Source: Thermoplasmata archaeon | GTDB taxonomy: Archaea > Thermoplasmatota > Thermoplasmata > Thermoplasmatales > Thermoplasmataceae | Reading direction: 5' to 3' | Length of the DNA: 58,326 bases | NCBI GenBank assembly: GCA_021822985.1 | Contig: JAKAPZ010000001.1 | Span: 1 to 58,326 of the forward strand | In this document: positions 17,682 through 27,549 of the stretch, piece by piece | Layout of the letters: each line of letters opens with the position of its first letter | How positions within the stretch are numbered: the first letter of the stretch is position 1 | The notes under the pieces: generated by a model | Database searches by the model: none | Seen by the model: the letters and a program-made list of their open reading frames with translations, nothing else | Told to the model about the DNA's origin: nothing | Position numbers and translations under genes: made by a program

Positions 17682-19517
17682 TTATATGGCCCTGCTTCCC
17701 CTGGGCCTGGTTCTTTCTTTCATTCTCCTTATTTCCCTGTTATATCCTTCAGATATTTCTGAGAGTGTTATTGTTCCGAGAACCCTGTCCTGATCATTTA
17801 TATCCACAACCACAATTTTTCCTGTTGGCTCATTCTCAAGCATATTCATTGCATCATGAAGTGATTTATTGCCAGTAATTCTTGATATATCTCCTGACAT
17901 CAGATTCTTCACGGGCTCATCATAGTTCACGTCTTCAGGTATGTTCTCAATGGAGAGATATCCCTCAAACCTGCCATCTGTTTCAACTACTATGCCTTTT
18001 GTTCTGCTGCCCCTTATCTTCTCTATTGCTTCTCTTGCAGGGGCCTCCTTTCCAATATGCAGATAATCCTTATTCATGGCAGTATAGATTGGTATGCCAT
18101 CCATAATTGGTTTGCGGTACTCCATCTCATGTGCAGGGGACATTGATCTGTCAGAAACCTGTGATCTGTAAATTGTCCTGTCTCCGGTTATAAAATAACT
18201 TATTGTGGTAGCAAGCATTAGTGGAATGAAAAGGGCAAATGTTCCTGTCATCTCTGTTCCCATAATTATGATGGCTATGGGTGCTTTGGATGCCCCTCCG
18301 AACAGCGCTATCATTGATACAACTATTATTTCATCCATGCTTATGAATGGGAAAATGGCATGTATTGGAATGGCTATGGCTGCACCCATGAATGAGCCTG
18401 CAACCAGTGCAGGTGCAAATACTCCACCGGAACCTTCGGATCCGATGGTGAAGCTTGTTGCTATAACCTTCAGGAAAAACAATGCAATGAATATCAGGAA
18501 CAGAAAGTAATAATTATTTCCATAACCCATGCTGAAGAGTGATAGATTTCCATCAAAAAGCTGCTGTGTCCAACCGTACCCGAGTCCCACAACTTCAGGA
18601 AATACCAAGGCAATCATCCCCACGATAATTCCCCCTATTGCGGGTTTCGCATATGGGCTTATTTTTTTGAGCTTGGAAAAAAATCCCGATATTCCGTAAA
18701 AAGTTTTGATATAAATCAGAGCGCAAATGCCTGCTACGACTCCTATGAGCATGTATGCAAGAAGAGATTCCGGATGGTAAAAACCGATTGCCTCTGTCTT
18801 TGGTATAACAAAAATTGTAGTGTAACCAGTGTAATAGCCAAAGATTGCATATCCCACCACTGAAGCTATCACAGATGGAATCAGCGCTTCAACTTCAAAA
18901 TCTCTTTTGTATAATATTTCAGTGCTCAGTATTGCACCACCGAGAGGGGCAAGAAAAATGCTTCCTATGCCTGCACCAATTCCCGCTGCAACTGCTATTC
19001 TCCTGTCATGATCATCAAAATGAAAAATATCAGCAACATAAGACCCAAAACCTGCTGCTATCTGGGCTGTGGGCCCCTCCCTTCCTGCACTTCCTCCTGA
19101 ACCTATTGTTATTGCGGATGCAATCGTCTTTACAAGCGGTATCCTTCTTCTGATCTTCCCATTTTTGTTGTGGAAAGCATCTATGGCTGCGTCTGTGCCA
19201 TGCCCTTTTGCTTCCGGGGCTGTCTTGTTGAGGATTACACCAACAATGAAACCGCCAAGACCTATGGAAATGGGAATGAGATAGTAATGGGGGCCAAGGG
19301 AAAGTGTGTATGGAGTTGTGCCGGATATTATTCCTGATCTTGGTGGATGGAAACCGGTGATCTGGCTCATCATATATTCAGTCACAAATTCTATAGACAG
19401 GTAGAACAGAATTGCTCCCAGTCCTGCAATTATTCCGATCAGAACACCGACAATTGCCCATTTTCCCGCTGGATTTGCCATAGTTTTGCTGTAAAGTTCT
19501 CTGATCTTTTCTTTCAA
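17682..19517 (-). CDS. CLC chloride/proton antiporter with C-terminal CBS domains
   Basis: GHGTD, GSAGREGP and GSGGVFAP signatures; C-terminal CBS pair. Confidence 0.93.
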   Translation of the reverse strand: MKEKIRELYSKTMANPAGKWAIVGVLIGIIAGLGAILFYLSIEFVTEYMMSQITGFHPPRSGIISGTTPYTLSLGPHYYLIPISIGLGGFIVGVILNKTAPEAKGHGTDAAIDAFHNKNGKIRRRIPLVKTIASAITIGSGGSAGREGPTAQIAAGFGSYVADIFHFDDHDRRIAVAAGIGAGIGSIFLAPLGGAILSTEILYKRDFEVEALIPSVIASVVGYAIFGYYTGYTTIFVIPKTEAIGFYHPESLLAYMLIGVVAGICALIYIKTFYGISGFFSKLKKISPYAKPAIGGIIVGMIALVFPEVVGLGYGWTQQLFDGNLSLFSMGYGNNYYFLFLIFIALFFLKVIATSFTIGSEGSGGVFAPALVAGSFMGAAIAIPIHAIFPFISMDEIIVVSMIALFGGASKAPIAIIIMGTEMTGTFALFIPLMLATTISYFITGDRTIYRSQVSDRSMSPAHEMEYRKPIMDGIPIYTAMNKDYLHIGKEAPAREAIEKIRGSRTKGIVVETDGRFEGYLSIENIPEDVNYDEPVKNLMSGDISRITGNKSLHDAMNMLENEPTGKIVVVDINDQDRVLGTITLSEISEGYNREIRRMKERTRPRGSRAI

Positions 19518-19639
19518 AATTTTTCTTTCATGTATTGATAAAAGTTAAATAAATTATTCTAAAATTGTTGCGTTTAAATGAAATTCTCAATAATGCCCCA
19601 TCTTATGACATTCTTTATAACATAAATGCATACCATGAT

Positions 19640-20134
19640 ATGGACAAGAGCATGGCAAGGAAACTTATTACCTTGACTGCAATGGAAAAGAAAGAAAGAA
19701 ATGCATTGAAACAGGATGATTTCAAGAATATACTTGTATATAAACGTAAAATAATGAAGGAAGAGGAACTGGAAAGATTTCTGTCAGAATGCATATCAGA
19801 AGGCTTGCTTTCCAAAACCGGAGATAAACTGCAGATTAATTTTAACACTTCGGGAGTCGAAGTCACAATAGATATGTCCTTCAGTGCCGATGAACTGTTT
19901 CAGGAAAATGCGGTAGAACAGAGTTTGCCCGACAGAATGCTTGATACCATTACATCATCAGGTGTTGCGACAAAGAGGGAGACGCTGGACAGAATGAAAA
20001 AACAACTTCCGGAACTTCAGTATATTGACAATACAGTCAGGCTAGGGTCGCTCATGAATGATCTTTTCATAAATTATGATGAAATTAAAAAAGAGATTGC
20101 AAAAAATCTCAAAGATCTTATTTCTCAGAATTGA
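19640..20134 (+). CDS. Conserved archaeal hypothetical protein (DUF2240-like)
   Basis: ATG 19640 preferred; winged-helix-like N-terminal segment (F...L.YKRK.M...E...F...C..EGLL). Confidence 0.5.
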   Translation: MDKSMARKLITLTAMEKKERNALKQDDFKNILVYKRKIMKEEELERFLSECISEGLLSKTGDKLQINFNTSGVEVTIDMSFSADELFQENAVEQSLPDRMLDTITSSGVATKRETLDRMKKQLPELQYIDNTVRLGSLMNDLFINYDEIKKEIAKNLKDLISQN

Positions 20135-20864
20135 GCTTTTTTGCCAGATCCATTGCTTTTTCCATATCTTGGTTTTCCATTGCCAGATCGATTGAAACAT
20201 CATAGAGATAGGAAACGACTTCCTTGAACTCTTCTACCTCTTTCTTGGTTTTCAGGCCGGAAATAACTTTCTCCGCTTTTTCAATATTGCGATCTGCAAC
20301 GGAACTGGCTTCTTCAAGATCTCCCTGATCCCTTATGATCTTGATGAGTGCAACGCATGCTTCAAAATAATTCTCCCAATCTTTCGATTTTTCAGATTCG
20401 TCCATTACCTCGCCATAAATTTTCTTTGCTTCAGGTATGGAAGATTTGACTTCGGAAAGCATATCGGCCATTGCGCATCTTATAGACAGTATAAGATTCT
20501 GATCTTCCAGCATTTTTGATACTTCCAGAGCATCTGAAAGGGTTGCGGTGGCTATTTTTGGATCTCCAGCCTCATCCTGAAGGTAGGCAAGATTCATCAT
20601 TTCAAGAGAGATGATATCGGGCTGATCGAGTTCTTTCCGGATATTCAGTGAATCTATGAGATATTTGATAGCGTTGTCAGTCTTGACTCCCTCAAGTCCA
20701 TAATATGCCTGTGACATCTTGCTAAGAATATCTGCTGTCTCCTCCTTTTTTCCTTTATATTTATCAAGAAGCTGATTAAGCGCCCTTATGGAATCCATAT
20801 ATTTTGTCTTAGTAATGCTCTTCTCTACCAATGCCATGTCACTTTCAAACTCTGTCTTTGCCAT
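20118..20864 (-). CDS. TPR-like helical repeat protein
   Basis: Alpha-helical repeats (AIKYLIDSLNIRKEL, NLAYLQDEAGD); directly abuts the HMG-CoA reductase gene. Confidence 0.7.
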   Translation of the reverse strand: MAKTEFESDMALVEKSITKTKYMDSIRALNQLLDKYKGKKEETADILSKMSQAYYGLEGVKTDNAIKYLIDSLNIRKELDQPDIISLEMMNLAYLQDEAGDPKIATATLSDALEVSKMLEDQNLILSIRCAMADMLSEVKSSIPEAKKIYGEVMDESEKSKDWENYFEACVALIKIIRDQGDLEEASSVADRNIEKAEKVISGLKTKKEVEEFKEVVSYLYDVSIDLAMENQDMEKAMDLAKKLNSEK

Positions 20865-22139
20865 TTATATCTCACCATTTCTAATCTTTTCAATCAATTC
20901 TTTTGCGTGTGTCACTGATATGTTTTTTTCCTTTATCATCAACTCTGACACAATGTCAATTTCCTCAGGATGTGCCCCCGCCGATATTGCAATGTTTTTT
21001 GAATGAAGTGTCATATGCCCTTTCTGTATTCCTTCATTGCTCAGCGCTCTCACTGCAGCAAAATTCTGCGCAAGTCCTACCGAAGCAAGAACACACTGAA
21101 ATTCAGATGCACTCTTTACTCCCAGAATTTTCATTGATATTTTAGCCTTTGGTATACTTGCAGTTGTTCCTCCGACTGTACCAACTGCAAGGGGTATTTC
21201 TATTGAACCTGAAAGATCTCCATTTTCTGTTTTCGAATAGGTTGTCAGAGATTTATACTTGCCATTCAGTGATGCATATGCATGTGCATTGGCTTCGGCT
21301 TGTCTCCAGTCATTCATTGTTGCCAGGAGAACTGCATCAATTCCATTCATTATTCCCTTGTTGTGCGTGACAGCCCTGAATGTATCATTTTCAGCGAATC
21401 TGGCAGCTTTAATGAATCTGTCAACCATCTTTTCTCCGCCCATCAGTTCTGAAGAAAAGATTGCATTTGATCTCGCGATCCTGAGTGGGGTGAGATTGCT
21501 CAATATTCTCAATATTGTCTCTCCTCCGGATATTTCTTCAAGTAAAGGCGCTACCTTTTCTGCCATTGAATTGATTGCGTTTGCACCCATTGCATCCCCC
21601 ACATCAACTTCAAGGTGCACTATAATAGAGGTGTCATCCCATGGAGCATCCCTCATGGAGAGTTTTTTGGCACCTCTGCCTGATTCTCTGAGCGTTTTGC
21701 TTACCGTATTTGCAATAGCGAGGATTTCTCCTTCCCTTGAAACTATCATTGAACGAGCCCGATCCCTGTCACTGATTCCTGAAATCTGGATCTGACCAAA
21801 CATTATCTGATCTGTAGTATTGCACCTGAATCCCCCGTTCTCCCTTGCAATCTTTGCAGCATTTGAACAGGCAGCTACCACAGAAGGCTCTTCCACAGCC
21901 ATCGGTATAAGGTAATCGTTTCCATTAATAGTGAAATTTGTCGCAATTCCGAGAGGAATTTCGATATTCATAATTGCATTCTCAATCAATCTAGAGGAAG
22001 TTTCCATGGGAAGGGAACCATTGTTGCTCATCACGATGATCTCTTCACGTGTTAGCCCTATTAAATCTGCAATAAGTTTGATCCTGGAATCAATATCCAT
22101 CTTCCTGAATTCCTGAAGCCTTGAATTTTTGACGGGCAT
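20865..22139 (-). CDS. mvaA: Hydroxymethylglutaryl-CoA reductase, class II (bacterial-type)
   Basis: PMAVEEPSVVAA, DAMGAN, THNKGIMNGIDA, GLAQN and GIQKGHM motifs. Confidence 0.93.
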   Translation of the reverse strand: MPVKNSRLQEFRKMDIDSRIKLIADLIGLTREEIIVMSNNGSLPMETSSRLIENAIMNIEIPLGIATNFTINGNDYLIPMAVEEPSVVAACSNAAKIARENGGFRCNTTDQIMFGQIQISGISDRDRARSMIVSREGEILAIANTVSKTLRESGRGAKKLSMRDAPWDDTSIIVHLEVDVGDAMGANAINSMAEKVAPLLEEISGGETILRILSNLTPLRIARSNAIFSSELMGGEKMVDRFIKAARFAENDTFRAVTHNKGIMNGIDAVLLATMNDWRQAEANAHAYASLNGKYKSLTTYSKTENGDLSGSIEIPLAVGTVGGTTASIPKAKISMKILGVKSASEFQCVLASVGLAQNFAAVRALSNEGIQKGHMTLHSKNIAISAGAHPEEIDIVSELMIKEKNISVTHAKELIEKIRNGEI

Positions 22140-22214
22140 TATAATCCCAATATTTTTTCACCGTATTAAACTATTTAGAATGTTGATGACTATAAATATT
22201 AAAAATAAGAATGA

Positions 22215-23474
22215 TCATGAAGAATAGGTCTTTTCAATCTGTACCTGATTTTCAAGCCTTGCAGAGAATTTCCCAATAAACAGGTTGGTGACTGCTGATA
22301 ACAATAGAAAAACCAGCATTATCTGGAAAAGAAACTGAAATGAATAGTTCAACTGATCATGCATTTCGGTCACGATCATGACACCCGTTGCACCGCCCAT
22401 AGTACTGCCAATGCCCCATGTCCATGTACTGGCCCTTGTAGTGAGTTCCAGCGGTATTTTCTGTCCAACAAACCCAAGAATTGATGGAAATCCCGTGAAA
22501 GCTGCAAAGGAATAGATAGAAAATAAAGACAGGGAAAAATAGAAATTGCCTGTAATCAATATAAAAGGAGTGAAAGCGAAGATAGAAATGACGCTTGAGG
22601 CCAGAAGTGCCATGTTTCCGCCTATCTTCTTCGTCAGAAGACCGAAAACCGGCTGCCCCAATATGGGAGTTGCAAGAGCTGAGGAAAGGAACAGGAAGGA
22701 AAGGTAGTTGCTGTGATAGGTGGAATCTATGTACTTAAAAGTATATGTTGCAATTGCCATCAGAAACACCGATCTTAGGAATATGGTGGAAGTAAGAACA
22801 GACAGAAAACCAATAACGCCGGGATATTCTCTCATTGGCTTCAGGTTGGTATGTTCTGGCCTCTTCTTTGATCTCGCACCGTTTTTCCTGAGTGAACGAG
22901 ATGAAAGGTAAATGATGACTGAAATCGCAAAATAATAAGTTGAAAATATTATAAGGCCGAAAAAGGGGTTAAAGTCTATGATCAGGATCCCGGCAACGAA
23001 TAACAATATGGCCCTTCCCATACTTCCAAATGAACCATTTATTCCCAGATATGTTGATGAATCTTTTCCCCTCAGGGAAGTCCGGATAATGCTTGCACCC
23101 AGAGGATGATAGAATGCCTGTCCAAATCCCAGTACAATGGCCCCTGCACCGGCAAACAGGTACTTTATCGATAAAGATGAGACAGCAAAACTGAAAGGAA
23201 CCGCAAATAACAGAACCGATATGCCTATTACGACTATTCCGGCAAACATCAATTCAGGATCCATGTCGCTTGAATCTGAAAGCCGCCCAACAGGTATGCT
23301 CGCAATTCCTGATACAAGTATGTAAATTGTCGCAAAAAAACCAAGAATGGTGATGTTCAGTCCCATCGAAGGTTCTGAATAATAAACTATGAGTGATGAA
23401 AAAAGCAGAAAAACACCATCATTTGAAAAATGAGCAGCTGAAGTGCTTAAAAGTGCCTTGATGTCTTCTCTCAT
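22215..23474 (-). CDS. MFS transporter (Fsr-like)
   Basis: About 12 TM segments; HFSND, GRLSD and AFYHP motifs. Confidence 0.88.
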   Translation of the reverse strand: MREDIKALLSTSAAHFSNDGVFLLFSSLIVYYSEPSMGLNITILGFFATIYILVSGIASIPVGRLSDSSDMDPELMFAGIVVIGISVLLFAVPFSFAVSSLSIKYLFAGAGAIVLGFGQAFYHPLGASIIRTSLRGKDSSTYLGINGSFGSMGRAILLFVAGILIIDFNPFFGLIIFSTYYFAISVIIYLSSRSLRKNGARSKKRPEHTNLKPMREYPGVIGFLSVLTSTIFLRSVFLMAIATYTFKYIDSTYHSNYLSFLFLSSALATPILGQPVFGLLTKKIGGNMALLASSVISIFAFTPFILITGNFYFSLSLFSIYSFAAFTGFPSILGFVGQKIPLELTTRASTWTWGIGSTMGGATGVMIVTEMHDQLNYSFQFLFQIMLVFLLLSAVTNLFIGKFSARLENQVQIEKTYSS

Positions 23475-23581
23475 TCATGCCAAATTACTATGAAATATAA
23501 TAATTCATTCACACCCAGAATGTGCATACAAATGCAGATTGCTATAAAAAAAATATTATATGACAAGTGATTACAGGGTCA

Positions 23582-23743
23582 ATGGAAAAAAGGTTAGCTG
23601 AAGTTGAAATTTCTAAGGATGGAGACGTTTACCTTGCTAGAATAATTCTTCCATCTGGAGAAGTTATTAACCTTGAGAATGAAGATTTTGAAGAAGTTCT
23701 TGAACAGGTAAGCAATGACCTTAATGAGAGATTCTCAGACTGA
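23582..23743 (+). CDS. Small acidic hypothetical protein (53 aa, MEKRLAEVEISKDGDVYLARIILPSGEVINLENEDFEEVLEQVSNDLNERFSD)
   Basis: Clean ATG-TGA ORF below the ORF-track cutoff; AT-rich TATA-like sequence ~25 nt upstream; ends 10 nt before tRNA-Ser. Confidence 0.7.
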   Translation: MEKRLAEVEISKDGDVYLARIILPSGEVINLENEDFEEVLEQVSNDLNERFSD

Positions 23744-23753
23744 GACATATTTT

Positions 23754-23836
23754 GCGAGGATGGCCCAGCGGTACGGCGGCAGCCTGCTAAGCTGTTTCTC
23801 GTTTAGAGAGCGTGGGTTCGAATCCCACTCCTCGCG
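23754..23836 (+). tRNA. tRNA-Ser(GCT)
   Basis: Acceptor stem GCGAGGA/TCCTCGC; anticodon arm GCAGC-CT-GCT-AA-GCTGT; long variable arm; GTTCGAATCC. Confidence 0.95.
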
Positions 23837-23911
23837 CTTAGATTTAAATTTGCAGAAGTTATGCAGTGTTCTAAAATAATATATATTGTGTATAAATATA
23901 CGATAACTCAG

Positions 23912-23984
<73 letters not shown>

Positions 23985-24055
23985 TATTTCCTAGCATTTC
24001 CATACACGCTTTGACTCAGGGAGCATTAAGTATGCCAAGAATATCACTCTATTGT

Positions 24056-25222
24056 ATGAACAAATCTCATAACAGAAAATCCCGCATAATGATGGTTACT
24101 GGCGCAATGTTAGTGGTCGTGGCATTAATGGCAATGTCTGTCCAGACTGCCGTTTCTGTGAGACCGGACCAGTGAAATGCCGTGAACGCAACAACAGCGG
24201 TCGGCCTGAATTACCTGCCGGAAAGCAATCTGAGCAGCATGGCAGAGGATCAGTACTTATCATGGCTCCAGTTGCACAAAGGTCATGAATACGGATTAAA
24301 CCAATCCAGCAAAGGTTCCACGCATTACTTGTTTTCTGAGTTCCTGCAGCAGTATAATGGCGCACGGATCCTGCTGAAAGAATTGACGCAGAAGGAAAAG
24401 GCTGTTTTCAATCAGGATAATAGAAATGCCGCAATGACACTATCAGCGCAAATCAGGAAAAGACACGGCAATGGAAGTGTTTATGAATTAAGTTCAAACA
24501 ATGCAACGTTCATCTCTTCTGCCATCTCATCCGCTAACCTACCCGGATCATTCCCTCAGTCTCCGGGAGAATATGTCATGGTATCCATGAACTATTATGG
24601 CATATCATGGTGGTATCCCGGTCCATGGTACGCACCATGGCAGGGCCACTGGGGGACGCTTGACTATGGTGAGCACGACATCATAAACCTTCTTTTCGTT
24701 GGCTCAGATGCGCAGTACTGGTATAATCATATGTTCAACACAATTGGAACAATACAGACTTATGATGCCGTAGGTGCCTTTCTAACAGGAGGAATAACCG
24801 CTGCAGGAACCTATTACGGTATCGCTGCTCTTACAAGTAGTTTGGTTGGGGCCATCGCCGGCATTCTCGTACTCACAGCTTTTTCAATTTATGCCATTCA
24901 GACTTACATGGGAAATCAGTTGCATGCCATGTATGACTCCACTTATGCCAATCCCCAGAAAGGAAACCCGAAACTTCTCTGGGAATTCTACGATATTAAT
25001 TTCTACTATCCGTGGATCACCGTCGTGGGCACATATGCATCGTCGTTCACGTGGAACGGCTATACGAACAGCGGAACTGTGTCCATATTGCCTTACATCC
25101 CCGTCGCAAGCAACAACCCGGCTTTTGTCATTGTGGCTAGTGCTTTGTCTGGAGAAACGCACAATTTGGCAAACCGCATTGGATGGGATTCCTGGGGCCA
25201 GTATTACGGGTGGCAGTGGTGA
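24056..25222 (+). pseudogene. Secreted archaeocin/bacteriocin-like protein interrupted by an in-frame TGA at 24173-24175
   Basis: ATG 24056 encodes a signal peptide (MNKSHNRKSRIMMVTGAMLVVVALMAMSVQTA) in frame with the 346-aa ORF at 24182; Gly/Ala-rich hydrophobic hairpin in the C-terminal half. Confidence 0.55.
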
Positions 25223-25572
25223 TTCTTTACAGCCGTTTGGACTCCATAATACTAACATTGGCAGTTGTTATGTTCCTCCTTGCTTTCCGCACGGTAAACA
25301 AGAAGGGGCTAGAGAAGCTGAAGGATCAAACTGGGAAGAAACCGTTGAGATATGTTCTTGTCCAAACCATAATACTAATTTCTATTATTCTTGGGGTTTT
25401 CCTTATCCTGACAGGTGCGATGAGTTATTTTTCAATATACAACGTTGGAGTATCCGGATGGCAAGCGATAGAATATATATTTATACTGTTTATGATCGCG
25501 AGCGTTACACAGTATGTTTCCGAGAAGCTTGACGAGAGGTCCATCAAAGATTCGAAAAAGCCCGGAACATGA
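25219..25572 (+). CDS. Small three-TM membrane protein, candidate immunity partner
   Basis: GTG start overlaps the upstream TGA (GTGA); three hydrophobic segments with basic loops. Confidence 0.6.
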   Translation: MILYSRLDSIILTLAVVMFLLAFRTVNKKGLEKLKDQTGKKPLRYVLVQTIILISIILGVFLILTGAMSYFSIYNVGVSGWQAIEYIFILFMIASVTQYVSEKLDERSIKDSKKPGT

Positions 25573-25658
25573 ATTTTCTTCCAATACGGGCACCGCGGGA
25601 AGGATAGGGGAGACGTTTAGACACCTTTAGTATAGACTCACTTATACCTGTAATGAAG

Positions 25659-25674
25659 TCCGGTCGGTCCCATA
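25659..25674 (+). repeat. att-like direct repeat of the tRNA-Val 3' end
   Basis: TCCGGTCGGTCCCATA versus TCCGGTCGGGCCCATA at 23971-23986 (15/16 identical). Confidence 0.7.
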
Positions 25675-25804
25675 AATATAGTGTGGATATATAGTATTAT
25701 GAAGATTTTATATTCCTAAATGGCTGAAACTAGCTTTGGCGTTGCATTAACGTGAGAGCCTCCATGGTTGGAACTCGAATAATGTTTATTAGATAAACTG
25801 AAAT

Positions 25805-26065
25805 GTGTGTACAATGGCCCCAGAAGTTGAGATGGACATTAAAGAAGTAAGGCTCACCGTCGAAAAGCACCTTAAGGACTTGGGTATAGAAGGACCGGCC
25901 AGGATTGCATCCGCAAAATTCTATCAAGGTTATTGGGATGTTGTTGTCGTTTATTCAAGAGACATAGAAGTTGCCGATAAAAAGCAAAAGACAGGCATAA
26001 TTGCCGTATTGGTAATAAATGATAGCACCAGAAAGGTTGAGACATTCCGGGAGAATCCGACATAA
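25805..26065 (+). CDS. Small hypothetical protein, possibly PepSY-like fold
   Basis: Helix then beta-strands with YWDVVV and VLVINDSTRKV; the start may be ATG 25814. Confidence 0.55.
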   Translation: MCTMAPEVEMDIKEVRLTVEKHLKDLGIEGPARIASAKFYQGYWDVVVVYSRDIEVADKKQKTGIIAVLVINDSTRKVETFRENPT

Positions 26066-26079
26066 GGGCGCTTTTTTAC

Positions 26080-26439
26080 ATGGGATTGATTATAAACCAG
26101 ATTGAGGTAAAGGGTACAGTTAAGACTATCAAAGTCTCCGCTTTGATAGATTCTGGAGCTGAAGGGAACTACATTAGCGATGTATTGCCCAATGGAATTA
26201 GACCAGAGCAACTTGGATTTATATCTTACAGTGAAATTCCTGTTTCAATGCCAGGATCCTCTTTCAGAGAACTGCATGGATCCCTGACATTTGATAAACT
26301 GACACTCAACGGATTTGTCGTTTCTGAACCGGAGTTCATTATCCTCGACAATATGGATTTTCCAGTTATTATCGGAGTGGAAATCCTTCAAATGATAGGT
26401 TTGAAACTGGATTTCAGAACCGACACTTTGATAATCTGA
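26080..26439 (+). CDS. Single-domain retropepsin-like (clan AA) aspartyl protease
   Basis: ALIDSGA catalytic motif; C-terminal IIGVEILQ. Confidence 0.85.
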   Translation: MGLIINQIEVKGTVKTIKVSALIDSGAEGNYISDVLPNGIRPEQLGFISYSEIPVSMPGSSFRELHGSLTFDKLTLNGFVVSEPEFIILDNMDFPVIIGVEILQMIGLKLDFRTDTLII

Positions 26440-26548
26440 ATAATGGAATTTCTTAGAATACATTAAGAAACTTTTGTCCAGTTTCGTTTTTCCATTTCTT
26501 CATTAGAGTGAGGTCCGCGATAAAGTTGATATATTTAGGATACCGAAT

Positions 26549-27029
26549 ATGTCAATAAAGAAAGATGATAAAATATTTCCCAACAAAGTTGAAAGTCCCG
26601 AAAGCCTCTGGGCAGACTTTGGAATGATGATATCAAATTTCATGAAAATTTCTAGGAGAAATTCCAGAAAGGCAGGGCTCACATTACCCCAAGCTCGGAC
26701 ATTGCGATGACATCGTTTCAAAAAAGATTTCTCCGAAAGAACTATCATACTATTCAGGGACCAGCCTTCCCAGCATTACCGACTTACTTGACGTGTTGGT
26801 CTCATTAAATTATGTATATCGGTTCAGAAGCAAGGAAGATAGAAGGAGAGTAAAAATATCAATCACGGAGAAAGGTACAGAGAGGCTGCTTAAGTTTCAG
26901 AAATTGCAACGGTCAATGACTGAGAAACTTTAGAAATCACTCGACCATGAAGACCTGATGGATTTTTCAAGAATTATAGCAACTATGGTGAAGGCTCTGA
27001 GTACTATGGAGAAAGTGTATGATGAATAA
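26549..27029 (+). pseudogene. MarR-family regulator pseudogene
   Basis: GLTLPQAR, then a frameshift near 26710, then ISPKELS...SIT.LLD.LV...YVYR.RSKEDRRRVKISITEKG; internal TAG near 26930. Confidence 0.75.
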
Positions 27030-27520
27030 ATGACCCTTAGCAAGCAACAATGTGAAAAATCAATAATAGAATGCCACCAACATTTCAATCGTATCTGATA
27101 ATGGTTGGAATTGTACTGGGGTGCTAATGGGTGCTCTTGACAACCTTATTGTAACAACGGCAATGCCTGCTATTGTTAGTGCGTTACACCAACCCAACGG
27201 TCTCGCATTCCTGATTGATGCTTATATAACTTCATCTGCGGTCGGAATGGTAATATTTGGCGGCTTTCTGACCATGTGGATAAGATAGTGGTTCTGCCTG
27301 TAACATTAGTTATCTTCATCATATGGTCAATACCGGCGGGATTAGGTCAGAATCTGTCTAAATTGATTGAGTTCAAAGTGATTCAGGGACTCGGAAGTGA
27401 TGGATTTCTTTTCGTAGGACTTGCTGTGATTTTACCTCCGAGTGCACGGGCGAAGTTGAAAGGCGCTGTAACCAGTATAGCGTTTCCTAATTATTATTGC
27501 GATACTAGGACATTATCTTT
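27030..27520 (+). pseudogene. Truncated, frameshifted EmrB/QacA (DHA2) MFS efflux transporter
   Basis: Fragments LMGALDNLIVTTAMPAIV, IFG/LSD and LIEFKVIQGLG in shifting frames, directly after marR. Confidence 0.72.
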
Positions 27521-27549
27521 CCGTGCATTTTATCCACTTTCCATTTCCA

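Noticed and set aside
24846-25532. 228-aa alternative-frame ORF overlapping the cassette genes
   Set aside because: It fully overlaps two better-supported same-strand ORFs and has no recognisable motifs
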